From an uncultured Flavobacteriales bacterium (lineage in GTDB: Bacteria; Bacteroidota; Bacteroidia; Flavobacteriales; UBA1820), in assembly GCA_959608625.1 (NCBI GenBank), contig CAUHQV010000006.1:6498-70497 (forward strand): a stretch of 64,000 nucleotides of DNA. The letters are read 5' to 3'. Shown here in pieces: positions 36,673 through 45,082 of this stretch (positions within the stretch are counted from its first letter, which is position 1; the number at the start of each line of letters is the position of its first letter). The position numbers and the translations under genes were made by a program. The notes under the pieces are model-generated. The model did no database searches, was not told the DNA's origin, and was given only the letters and a program-made list of their open reading frames with translations.

Positions 36673-38718
36673 ATGATTATCAGGCGAGTTTTCATTTTCC
36701 TTCTATTTTTCACGATGACAACAGTTTCTCAGGCACAGACCGGGGTAATGACCCCGGAAACACTCTGGCAGCTCGGACGGGTGAGCCTCGCCGGGGCGAG
36801 TGCGGACGGTTCCACCGTCCTGTACAACGTAACCACCTACGATACCCAGGCAGACAAGGGTACAACCCATATTTTCGCCTGCAATCTTTCGGGCGCTTCC
36901 CGCCAGCTCACCGACGGGCAAACGAGCGCCCAGGCCATCGGCATCACTCCCGGCGGCCGCATCGCTTATATGCAGGAAGGCCAACTCTGGACCATGGCGC
37001 CGACCGGAATGGATAAACAACAGGCCAGTAACATCGAAGGCGGTATCGCCAACGTCAAATTCTCGCCCAAAGGGGATGCGGTGCTTTTCACCCGGGACGT
37101 GAAATTCCGCCAGACCCCGGCCGAACTCTATCCGGAGCTGCCCAAAGCCAACGTGCGCATCATCGACGACCTGATGTACCGCCATTGGAACAACTGGGAG
37201 GATGACAGGGTTTCGCACGTGTTCTATGCACCGTTCAACGGCACGGCAGTATCCGGATCGGGAACGGATATCATGGAAGGAGAACCTTACGATGCTCCCC
37301 TGACGCCTTTCGGCGGGGCCGAGCAACTTGCCTGGAGCCCGGACGGGATGAAAATAGCCTACACCTGCAAGAAAAAGCAGGGGACCCAGGCCGCTATTTC
37401 GACCGATGCGGACATATATATCTATGACGTGGTTTCGAAAAAGACCGAAAACCTGACCGAAAGCAACAACGGATACGACACCTGCCCGGCATGGAGCCCG
37501 GACGGACGTTTTATCGCCTGGCTCTCGATGGACGAGGATGGGTACGAAGCGGACAAGAACGACATCAAGCTCTACGAATGGGCCACCGGAAAGACCTATA
37601 ACCTGACCGAACGTTGGGACGAGACCATTGAAGAATTCGCCTGGGAGAAGACAGGCGCGGCCATCGTGTTCCGCACGGCGTTCAATGCTGTGGAACAACT
37701 GTTCGAATTCCGGATGCCCAAGAGCCTGAGCGAAATATCGCCCAACACCTGTATCGCCCAACTGACCAAAGGCAAAGCCTGCGTGGGCGCATTTTTGCTT
37801 ACCGGTAAGAACATCATCGCCGAACGTTACGACTTCAACCGCCCCAACGAGATCGTGTCCTACGACCTGAAAAAGGGGACGTTCCGGTATCTGACCGACG
37901 TGAACGGAGCGATATTCAAGGACATCAAACCCTCCGAAATCAAAGAGCGCTGGGTGAACACCACCGACGGGAAGCATATGCTCGTCTGGGTAGTTCTCCC
38001 TCCCGATTTCGATGCGACCAAAAAATACCCGGCTCTGCTCTTCTGCGGAGGCGGCCCCCAGACGCCCCTCACCCCGTCGTACTCCTTCCGGTGGAATTAC
38101 CAGCTGATGGCGGCGAAAGGCTATATCATAGTCATCCCCAACCGCCGGGGTCTTCCGGGATTCGGCGTGAAATGGAACGAGGAGATCTCCGGACAATGGG
38201 GCGGGCAGGCCATTACCGACCTGCTGACGGCCATCGACGACGTAGCGCGGGAGCCTTACATAGATAAAGAGGGCTTGGGCGCGGTAGGCGCCTCGTACGG
38301 CGGCTATTCCGTCTATATGCTGGCCGGCAAGCACGAAGGCCGCTTCAAGACTTTCATCGCCCACTGCGGCACGTTCGATATGAAGAGTTGGTACGGCACG
38401 ACCGAAGAGGTATTCTTTGCCAACAAAGACCTCGGTGGCCCTTATTGGCAGGACCGGAGCAACCCTTCGTACAACGAGTTTTCCCCTTCATCCTACGTAG
38501 ACAAATGGGATACCCCGATTTTGATCATGCAGGGCGAGCAAGACTTTCGCGTGCCGACCAACCAGTCGATGCAGGCTTTCCAGGCCGCACGGCTGCGGGG
38601 GATAGAGGCGCGTATGGTGCTTTTCCCCGACGAGTGCCACTGGATCCTCCGGCCGCAGGACAGTCTGGTATGGCAGGCGGAATTCTTCGGATGGCTGGAT
38701 AAATACCTGAAGAAATAA
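36673..38718 (+). CDS. S9 family serine peptidase (prolyl oligopeptidase/dipeptidyl-peptidase type)
   Basis: Real start is the ATG at 36673 (signal peptide MIIRRVFIFLLFFTMTTVSQAQ). It has a beta-propeller half and then the catalytic triad context GASYGGYS, QGEQDFRVP, DECHWI. The upstream 1.5 kb of track ORF 35176..38718 is antisense to the FtsX gene. Confidence 0.88.
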   Translation: MIIRRVFIFLLFFTMTTVSQAQTGVMTPETLWQLGRVSLAGASADGSTVLYNVTTYDTQADKGTTHIFACNLSGASRQLTDGQTSAQAIGITPGGRIAYMQEGQLWTMAPTGMDKQQASNIEGGIANVKFSPKGDAVLFTRDVKFRQTPAELYPELPKANVRIIDDLMYRHWNNWEDDRVSHVFYAPFNGTAVSGSGTDIMEGEPYDAPLTPFGGAEQLAWSPDGMKIAYTCKKKQGTQAAISTDADIYIYDVVSKKTENLTESNNGYDTCPAWSPDGRFIAWLSMDEDGYEADKNDIKLYEWATGKTYNLTERWDETIEEFAWEKTGAAIVFRTAFNAVEQLFEFRMPKSLSEISPNTCIAQLTKGKACVGAFLLTGKNIIAERYDFNRPNEIVSYDLKKGTFRYLTDVNGAIFKDIKPSEIKERWVNTTDGKHMLVWVVLPPDFDATKKYPALLFCGGGPQTPLTPSYSFRWNYQLMAAKGYIIVIPNRRGLPGFGVKWNEEISGQWGGQAITDLLTAIDDVAREPYIDKEGLGAVGASYGGYSVYMLAGKHEGRFKTFIAHCGTFDMKSWYGTTEEVFFANKDLGGPYWQDRSNPSYNEFSPSSYVDKWDTPILIMQGEQDFRVPTNQSMQAFQAARLRGIEARMVLFPDECHWILRPQDSLVWQAEFFGWLDKYLKK

Positions 38719-38723
38719 CGGCC

Positions 38724-39311
38724 ATGGCCTCCAAGAAAGAACTCCGGAAAGCCTATCGGGAATTGCGGGCCCATATACCGCCCGCCAAAGCGGAGGCCCT
38801 TTCGCTGTCCGCCTGCCGGACGGCCGTTGATTCGCCGGAGTTTGCCGCCGCACAAAATATCCACGTGTTCCTGCCTATCCGCCGGTTGCACGAGATAGAC
38901 ACCTACCCGTTGTTGGATGCCATCTTTTCCCGGGGGAAAACAGCCGTGGTATCCGTTTCCGATTTCGAGAAAGGGACGATGTCCTGCTATGCCCTGGGGG
39001 ATACGGGTCTTTTAGCCGAGAATGCCTTCGGCATTCCGGAACCGGCCGATACGACCGGTTTACAGCTCATAGCCCCGCAGGAGATCGACCTGATCCTTAT
39101 CCCTTTGCTGGCTTACGACCGGGCAGGGCACCGGGTAGGGTACGGCAGGGGATTTTACGACCGTTTCCTGCGGCAATGCCGCCCGGATGCCGTAAAAGCA
39201 GGCCTGTCCTTTTTCCCGCCGGAAGAACAGCCGATATCCGACACGACCCCGGAAGACATTCCGCTGGGCTGCTGTTTCACCCCGGAAGGTAGAGTAGAGT
39301 TCAAAAAATAA
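38724..39311 (+). CDS. 5-formyltetrahydrofolate cyclo-ligase
   Basis: 195 aa. ...IDLILIPLLAYDRAGHRVGYGRGFYDRFL... is the MTHFS signature region. Confidence 0.85.
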   Translation: MASKKELRKAYRELRAHIPPAKAEALSLSACRTAVDSPEFAAAQNIHVFLPIRRLHEIDTYPLLDAIFSRGKTAVVSVSDFEKGTMSCYALGDTGLLAENAFGIPEPADTTGLQLIAPQEIDLILIPLLAYDRAGHRVGYGRGFYDRFLRQCRPDAVKAGLSFFPPEEQPISDTTPEDIPLGCCFTPEGRVEFKK

Positions 39312-39362
39312 TCGAATCAGGCTTCCGGCCGATCTTTTCTCTGATATGCAAACAAAAACTTC

Positions 39363-40160
39363 ATGATAATGAAAACTACAAGATTTTTTGCCCTGGCGGT
39401 CTTCGCACTCATTTCGGTAACGGTCTACTCCCAGGCCAAAGTAGTAGCCCATCGGGGTTACTGGCGGGCGGACGGCGCCGCCCAAAACAGCATCGCCTCC
39501 CTCCAGAAAGCAGACCAGATCAAATGTTTCGGCTCGGAATGCGACGTGCTGCAGACCCAGGACGGCGTACTGGTAGTGAACCACGACCCGCACGTAGGGC
39601 CGGACAAGATCCTGATCGAAAATGCGAAATACAAGGATATTAAAAATATCAAACTGTCGAACGGCGAAAAAGTGCCCACCCTCAAGGAATACCTGAAGGC
39701 CCTGAAAAAGTGTGAAAATTCCCTGCTCGTGCTGGAAATAAAGGAACATTCCACGGACGAAAAAATGGTCCGGGCCACCCGCGACATCGTGACGATGGTC
39801 GACAAGATGGGAATGGCCGACAAAGTATATTACATTTCTTTCATGCCGACCATTTGCGATGAGATCGTAAAGATCGCCCCGGAGGCCGAGATCGCTTATC
39901 TGAGCAACAAAATGACTCCGGAACAGGTAAAACAGCGGGGCTATACCGGGGTGGATTTCCATTATTCGCAGTTCCAGAAAAATCCGGGCTGGGTGCGGGA
40001 TTGTCACGACTTGGGGCTGAACGTCAACGTGTGGACAGTGAACACCGAAGAGCTGATGAACCGGATGCTCGATCTAGGCGTGGACTTTATCACTACCGAC
40101 TATCCCGAGCTGCTCCAAAAAATATTATTAGAGAGGCAGCGGGCCGGTATTTTCTTCTGA
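39363..40160 (+). CDS. glycerophosphodiester phosphodiesterase family protein
   Basis: 265 aa. Signal peptide, then AHRGYW, GSECDV and VVNHD motifs of the GDPD fold. Confidence 0.82.
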   Translation: MIMKTTRFFALAVFALISVTVYSQAKVVAHRGYWRADGAAQNSIASLQKADQIKCFGSECDVLQTQDGVLVVNHDPHVGPDKILIENAKYKDIKNIKLSNGEKVPTLKEYLKALKKCENSLLVLEIKEHSTDEKMVRATRDIVTMVDKMGMADKVYYISFMPTICDEIVKIAPEAEIAYLSNKMTPEQVKQRGYTGVDFHYSQFQKNPGWVRDCHDLGLNVNVWTVNTEELMNRMLDLGVDFITTDYPELLQKILLERQRAGIFF

Positions 40161-40193
40161 CCCGGCATACAACCCCCAAAAGAACATAACCCT

Positions 40194-40847
40194 ATGAAAA
40201 ACCAAAAATTAGCTATCATCGGCGCCACCGGATTCGTGGGCGGAGCCATTCTGGAAGAGGCCGTCGGGCGGGGATATCCCGTGGTGGCTATCGCCCGCAA
40301 TACGGCCAAGATCGCCGCCGAAAGCCCTGCCCTCGAGAAAAAAGAACTGGACGTAACCGACGAGGCCGCTTTGACCGAAGCCCTGAAAGGGGTCGACACG
40401 GTCATTTCGGCCTACAACCCGGGCTGGAAAAACCCGAATATCTACCGCGATACAATGACCAACTACCCGAAGATCATTTCCGCCGTGAAAAAGGCCGGGA
40501 TAAAGAGGCTGCAAATCGTCGGCGGGGCCGGAAGCCTGTTATTACCCGACGGGAAACGGGTAATGGACGGAAATCTGCCCGAAGAGATACGGGGCGGGGT
40601 CGAAAGCCTGGCGGAGATATTTTACCGATACCTGCAGCCCGAAAAAGAACTCGACTGGGTATTCTTTTCCCCCGCCGGAAGTTTTACGTCCGGCCCCCGC
40701 ACGGGAGAATACCGGCTGGGAACAGACTACCTGATCGTCGGCAAAGAGGGAAAAAGCAGCATCTCCGTAAAAGATTACGTCAAAGCGATGGTGGACGAAG
40801 CCGAAAACCCGCAGCACCACCGGGAACGTTTTACGATCGGGTATTAA
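40194..40847 (+). CDS. NAD(P)H-binding (atypical SDR, NmrA/YwnB-like) protein
   Basis: 217 aa. Rossmann N-terminus KLAIIGATGFVGGAILEEA. Confidence 0.72.
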   Translation: MKNQKLAIIGATGFVGGAILEEAVGRGYPVVAIARNTAKIAAESPALEKKELDVTDEAALTEALKGVDTVISAYNPGWKNPNIYRDTMTNYPKIISAVKKAGIKRLQIVGGAGSLLLPDGKRVMDGNLPEEIRGGVESLAEIFYRYLQPEKELDWVFFSPAGSFTSGPRTGEYRLGTDYLIVGKEGKSSISVKDYVKAMVDEAENPQHHRERFTIGY

Positions 40848-41323
40848 TCCGCCGTAAGGTCACATACCGTAGCGCCTGTATACGACAGCAGATCGGCAGG
40901 CGCTATTTTTATCTGGAGCCCGCGTATCCCGGCACTGATATAGATCCGGGAAAATCCTTTACAAGTATCGTGAACAAAGGTGGGAAAGGGTTTTTTCATG
41001 CCGATAGGCGAGCATCCGCCCCGGATATAACCGGTAGCGGGCAAAAGTTCTTTCATCGGGATCAGGTCGGCCTTTTTGTCCTCGGCGGCCCGGGCCGCTT
41101 TTTTCAGGTCCACTTCCGAATCACCGGGTACTACGCACACGAAAATCCCGGTGCGCTCGCCCCGCAAAACCAACGTTTTAAACACCTGGCGGACGTCCTC
41201 CCTCAGTTCCGAAGCCAAATGCGCGGCCGAAAGGTCGTCTTCGTCCACCCGGTACGGAATGAGTTCGTACCCGATCCCGGCCTTATCCAATAACCGGGCT
41301 GCATTCGTCTTGTTTACTTTCAT
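40844..41323 (-). CDS. ybaK: Cys-tRNA(Pro)/Cys-tRNA(Cys) deacylase YbaK
   Basis: Internal Met at 41323 gives the 159-aa MKVNKTNAARLLDKAGIGYELIPY...FKTLVL...GYIRGGCSPIGMKK, a YbaK pattern. Its stop codon overlaps the stop of the convergent gene. Confidence 0.87.
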   Translation of the reverse strand: MKVNKTNAARLLDKAGIGYELIPYRVDEDDLSAAHLASELREDVRQVFKTLVLRGERTGIFVCVVPGDSEVDLKKAARAAEDKKADLIPMKELLPATGYIRGGCSPIGMKKPFPTFVHDTCKGFSRIYISAGIRGLQIKIAPADLLSYTGATVCDLTAD

Positions 41324-41327
41324 GAAA

Positions 41328-41335
41328 CAAAGATA
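41328..41335 (-). promoter_or_regulatory. Bacteroidota -7 promoter box (TATCTTTG) for ybaK
   Basis: Perfect TAnnTTTG on the minus strand, only 5 nt upstream of the ybaK ATG. This would imply a leaderless or near-leaderless mRNA. Confidence 0.35.
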
Positions 41336-41475
41336 ACTACGAACCCTTATTCCCGCAAAATAAGCCTGCAAATCTTTGCAATTCCGGGCGCCTTCCCCTA
41401 CCTTGTACTCATTAGAACTTTCCGGTAAAGCTACCCAGGGCCCGCAAAAAAGGGAACCATAAACAAAAATAAATC

Positions 41476-41856
41476 ATGCTGAAAAAATGGATGTTAGCCG
41501 TCGTATGCGGCTTACTGTCGATCACCGCCAGCGCAAAGGGCGGTTTTTCCTTGTGGCAACTGGCCGCGCAATCGGACAAGATCGGGAATTCCTACGTCAT
41601 GCAGACCGACAAAGGCAAAGTGATCGTGATGGACGGCGGCTACCGGGAGGAGGCCCCTTACCTGCGGGGATTTATCGCGGCCCTGGGCGGAAAAGTAGAC
41701 CTGTGGATCGTCACCCATCCGCACCCCGACCATATCGGAGCTTTGATAGACATTCTGGAGCATTCGGGCGGCATCCGCGTGGAGTCTATCCTGCAATCCC
41801 GTTTCCCCGAAGAGCAATACGTGAGCTGCCTGTTGGGAACCTCCAAAATATTTTGA
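41476..41856 (+). CDS. MBL-fold metallo-hydrolase, N-terminal fragment only (probable gene remnant)
   Basis: 126 aa. Lipoprotein-like signal peptide and the first metal motif VTHPHPDHIGAL. The downstream His/Asp ligands of the fold are absent. The ORF stops 3 nt before a strong terminator hairpin. Confidence 0.6.
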   Translation: MLKKWMLAVVCGLLSITASAKGGFSLWQLAAQSDKIGNSYVMQTDKGKVIVMDGGYREEAPYLRGFIAALGGKVDLWIVTHPHPDHIGALIDILEHSGGIRVESILQSRFPEEQYVSCLLGTSKIF

Positions 41857-41859
41857 CAC

Positions 41860-41891
41860 AAAAAATCCCGGCCGAATGGCCGGGATTTTTT
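41860..41891. terminator. bidirectional intrinsic terminator between the MBL fragment and hybrid kinase 1
   Basis: 14-bp stem AAAAAATCCCGGCC / GGCCGGGATTTTTT with loop GAAT. A6/T6 runs on both strands. Confidence 0.8.
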
Positions 41892-41916
41892 ACATGGACT
41901 TTTTCTCTCTGAAAAT

Positions 41917-44900
41917 TTAGACGAAAATAAGGCGTTTTTTCAGCAGGGACAGGATCTTGTCCCGCAGCCCCTGTGCCTGGATAGGCTTGGAGGCATATCC
42001 GTCGAACCCGCTGTTCATGATATTCACCTCATCCCCTTCGAAGGCATAGGCCGTCACGGCGATGATAGGCACCTCCTGCGACAGTTTCCGGATCTCGGCC
42101 GTTGCCTGATACCCGTCCAGCACCGGCATTTTGATATCCATCAGGATAAGTTGGGGCGCATGCTCCTTGAACATTTCGACCGCTTCCTGCCCGTTCCAGG
42201 CGTGTATCAGGTCGTAGTCTTTTTTCAGGACGGATTCGAACAGTTTATAGTTACTCGCATTGTCCTCGGCCACCAGTATCCTGATCCGTTCTTCTTTTTC
42301 CACAGGCTTAGGAATGATGACCTTTTCCGGGGGTTCGGGCGGCGGTATTTCAGTGGGAAGATACGGCAGGGTAAACCAGAACGTAGAACCCTGGCCTTCC
42401 TTCGAATCCACCCCGATCTTTCCGCCCAGGCGGTCGATAATGCTCTCGCAGATGGAAAGTCCCAGTCCGGAGCCCTGCTTGAACGTATTGAGCTTCACAA
42501 AGCGGGCGAATACCGACCGCTGTTTGTCCGGCGGGATGCCGCACCCGGTATCGGATACGTACACATAGACCATCCCATCTTCCCGTAGCCGGTATCCCAG
42601 GCGGATGCTTCCCGATTCGGTGAATTTCAGGGCGTTGTTGACAAAATTGGTGATCACCTGCATGACACGGTTCCGGTCGGTCTGGATACAAACAGGAGAC
42701 AAAGGCTCGTCCAGGAGTATTTCTACCTGGTTCGATTGGAGTTTCAGCCGCCCGGCCTGCGCTACTTCGCTCAGCAGGGGATGAAGTTCCACCCCGGTCG
42801 ATGAAAATTCGAGTACTCCGGCCTCGATCTTGGACAAATCGAGAATATCCCCGATCAGTTGGAGCAGCAATTGATTGTTGTTCTCGATGATAGAGGCGTA
42901 TTCCTGTTTTTCCTGCTCGTCGTCCGTCTGGGCCAGAATGCCGGAGAATCCCACGATCGCATTGAGCGGGGTGCGGATCTCGTGGCTCATATTGGCCAGG
43001 AAAGCACTTTTCAGCCGGTTGGATTCCTCGGCCTTAGTCTTGGCCTCCACCAGGTCGTTTTCCAGTTCTTTGCGCCGGGTAATATCCATCGAAGCCCCCA
43101 CGAGCATGACCGGATTCCCCTTTTCGTCGCGCCGGGCCACACTGGCATAGCTCTCTATATAATGGTAACGGGATTCGTCCGTCGTGAAAGTGATACGGAA
43201 AGACACATTGATTGCAGCCGTTTCGTTGGCCGCCAATCTGCGCAATCCCTCCTGCACTACCGCCAAATCGTCGGGATGGATCCGTCGGAAATATTCCTCC
43301 TCGGTAAATACCAGGTGCCGCTTGGCCGGATCGCCTATATCCAGGGAATACTCCACATCGCACTCCACTTTCCGGGACTGCAGATCCCAGCCCCAGATAG
43401 TCATCCGGGCAGCCTTGAGCAACAGTTCGTACATCTCGTTCAACTCCTCGATCCGCGCATAGGCCTGCCGGGTCTCGGTTTTGTCGACATAAAATACGTC
43501 GAAAATATTCTCCCGGGAATCCATTACCAGCTTATCGAAATAACGTCTGTTCCCGGAGGCATCCGTCATTTCGAGGGACATGTAGCGCCCGATATGTTCC
43601 TGCATGATCTGATAGAACGGATATTCCCGGAACAGCTCCGAAAACCGGCGCCCGATAGCCGTTTGCCGGTCGATGCCGAATACCTTTTCAAAAGCCGGAT
43701 TGACATCGAGCAGTTCATAGTCGGAGTACCCGCCATGCCCGTCGCTGATGAGCCGCCCCTGCACATACACGATCGGCATATTGTTCACCAAACGTTTGTA
43801 CCCGCCGAGCAGCTCGAGTTCCCTTTTGCGTTGGATCCTCCGCTGGGAATAATACCGCAGGTACAGGGCGATCAGCGTGATCAGCAGAAAGGCAATGCAT
43901 ACCAGGCTCACCAGAAGGGGCTTGTTCCGCTCCACAAAAGACAACGGTTTTTGGAAGTACCGGGCATTGGACGGCAGGGCGGACGGATCTATATGGTGTC
44001 CTACCAAATGGCGGTAGTTCAGGTTGGCACCGGGAATTCCGCCGTCCCCCACCGGAATATTCCGGGCGGGCGTACCGGCCAGTATTCTTTGAATGACCTC
44101 TGTAGCCGCACGGCTGAATTCGTCCGCCGAGATGAAATAACCGCCGGCAAAATCCCCGGACTGCGTGTCGGCATCCGACAGGGTAAAGACCGGGGTTTCG
44201 GAGAAACTGTCCACGATCTTCTGTACCTTATCGTCCAGAAAACCTCCCGTACCGGATGCTCCGCTGTCCACAAACCACGAATAATAGATAACCCCTACGT
44301 CTTCATTCCTATAGCTATCCAGGCTGTCCAGCAGATTTTGTGTGCTCAGAGCCGGCGATATAAGGGAATCCAGCTGAAGATCGGGGAAATCCGTGCGTAT
44401 CACATCTTTGACCTCCCGGCGCGCCTGTCGGCTCACATACCGGCTGTCGGAGATAAAAACAATCTTCCGCATATCCGGCAGAAGGTCTTTCATCAGGGAG
44501 AGGGTCTGTTTGATATAAAAAGGCTGCCGGAGTACCGTCATATCGTATTTCGCGGGCAGCGAATCGGACAATTCCGTATGTCCGGGGCTCCAATTTCCGG
44601 CCAGCAGGTCTTCGAAAGTCCGGGGTATCCGCTTCATCGAATAGCAAAGCAAGACCGGAACGCCCTCCCAGGGCCCGTCGAAAAGAGGGCGGCACAACAA
44701 CCAACCCGGATCGCCGAAAAATACGACCAAACGCGGCGGCTGCGGATATTTCTGCAACAATGCCTCCCGCCGCTCTTCCGCCTGCTGCATATCGGTAATA
44801 ATGGGGACATACAGTTCATCCGCTTTTACCGCGATCTTTCCTTCGAGGGAAGATTCGATGGAACGGTATACCCGGTTGGTCCAGCTTTCGCTGAAACTTA

Positions 44901-45078
44901 CCGAATTCAAAAACAGGACATAGTCCCCGCCGGTCGCCTTCGGTTCCGCCTTTAGCGAAAATGGCATCAGAAAAAAGAACAACAGACCCACCGTCAGCCT
45001 CGCCAAGGCAGAATATGGCCATTTTTGTTCATCGGACATATAGGTATTCATGTTAAATTCAGAGGTAGAGGCCGGCAA
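41917..45078 (-). CDS. hybrid sensor histidine kinase/response regulator (periplasmic binding-protein-like sensor, PAS, HisKA, HATPase_c, REC)
   Basis: 1053 aa. N-terminal TM, ~340-aa periplasmic domain, TM (LLVSLVCIAFLLITLIALYL), PAS-like repeats, H-box SAFLANMSHEIRTPLNAIVGFS, N/G boxes (NNALKFT, DTGCGI, GSGLGLSI), and REC with LILMDIKMPVLDG. The start may be an internal Met (45051 or 45039). Confidence 0.92.
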   Translation of the reverse strand: MPASTSEFNMNTYMSDEQKWPYSALARLTVGLLFFFLMPFSLKAEPKATGGDYVLFLNSVSFSESWTNRVYRSIESSLEGKIAVKADELYVPIITDMQQAEERREALLQKYPQPPRLVVFFGDPGWLLCRPLFDGPWEGVPVLLCYSMKRIPRTFEDLLAGNWSPGHTELSDSLPAKYDMTVLRQPFYIKQTLSLMKDLLPDMRKIVFISDSRYVSRQARREVKDVIRTDFPDLQLDSLISPALSTQNLLDSLDSYRNEDVGVIYYSWFVDSGASGTGGFLDDKVQKIVDSFSETPVFTLSDADTQSGDFAGGYFISADEFSRAATEVIQRILAGTPARNIPVGDGGIPGANLNYRHLVGHHIDPSALPSNARYFQKPLSFVERNKPLLVSLVCIAFLLITLIALYLRYYSQRRIQRKRELELLGGYKRLVNNMPIVYVQGRLISDGHGGYSDYELLDVNPAFEKVFGIDRQTAIGRRFSELFREYPFYQIMQEHIGRYMSLEMTDASGNRRYFDKLVMDSRENIFDVFYVDKTETRQAYARIEELNEMYELLLKAARMTIWGWDLQSRKVECDVEYSLDIGDPAKRHLVFTEEEYFRRIHPDDLAVVQEGLRRLAANETAAINVSFRITFTTDESRYHYIESYASVARRDEKGNPVMLVGASMDITRRKELENDLVEAKTKAEESNRLKSAFLANMSHEIRTPLNAIVGFSGILAQTDDEQEKQEYASIIENNNQLLLQLIGDILDLSKIEAGVLEFSSTGVELHPLLSEVAQAGRLKLQSNQVEILLDEPLSPVCIQTDRNRVMQVITNFVNNALKFTESGSIRLGYRLREDGMVYVYVSDTGCGIPPDKQRSVFARFVKLNTFKQGSGLGLSICESIIDRLGGKIGVDSKEGQGSTFWFTLPYLPTEIPPPEPPEKVIIPKPVEKEERIRILVAEDNASNYKLFESVLKKDYDLIHAWNGQEAVEMFKEHAPQLILMDIKMPVLDGYQATAEIRKLSQEVPIIAVTAYAFEGDEVNIMNSGFDGYASKPIQAQGLRDKILSLLKKRLIFV

Positions 45079-45082
45079 GCGA

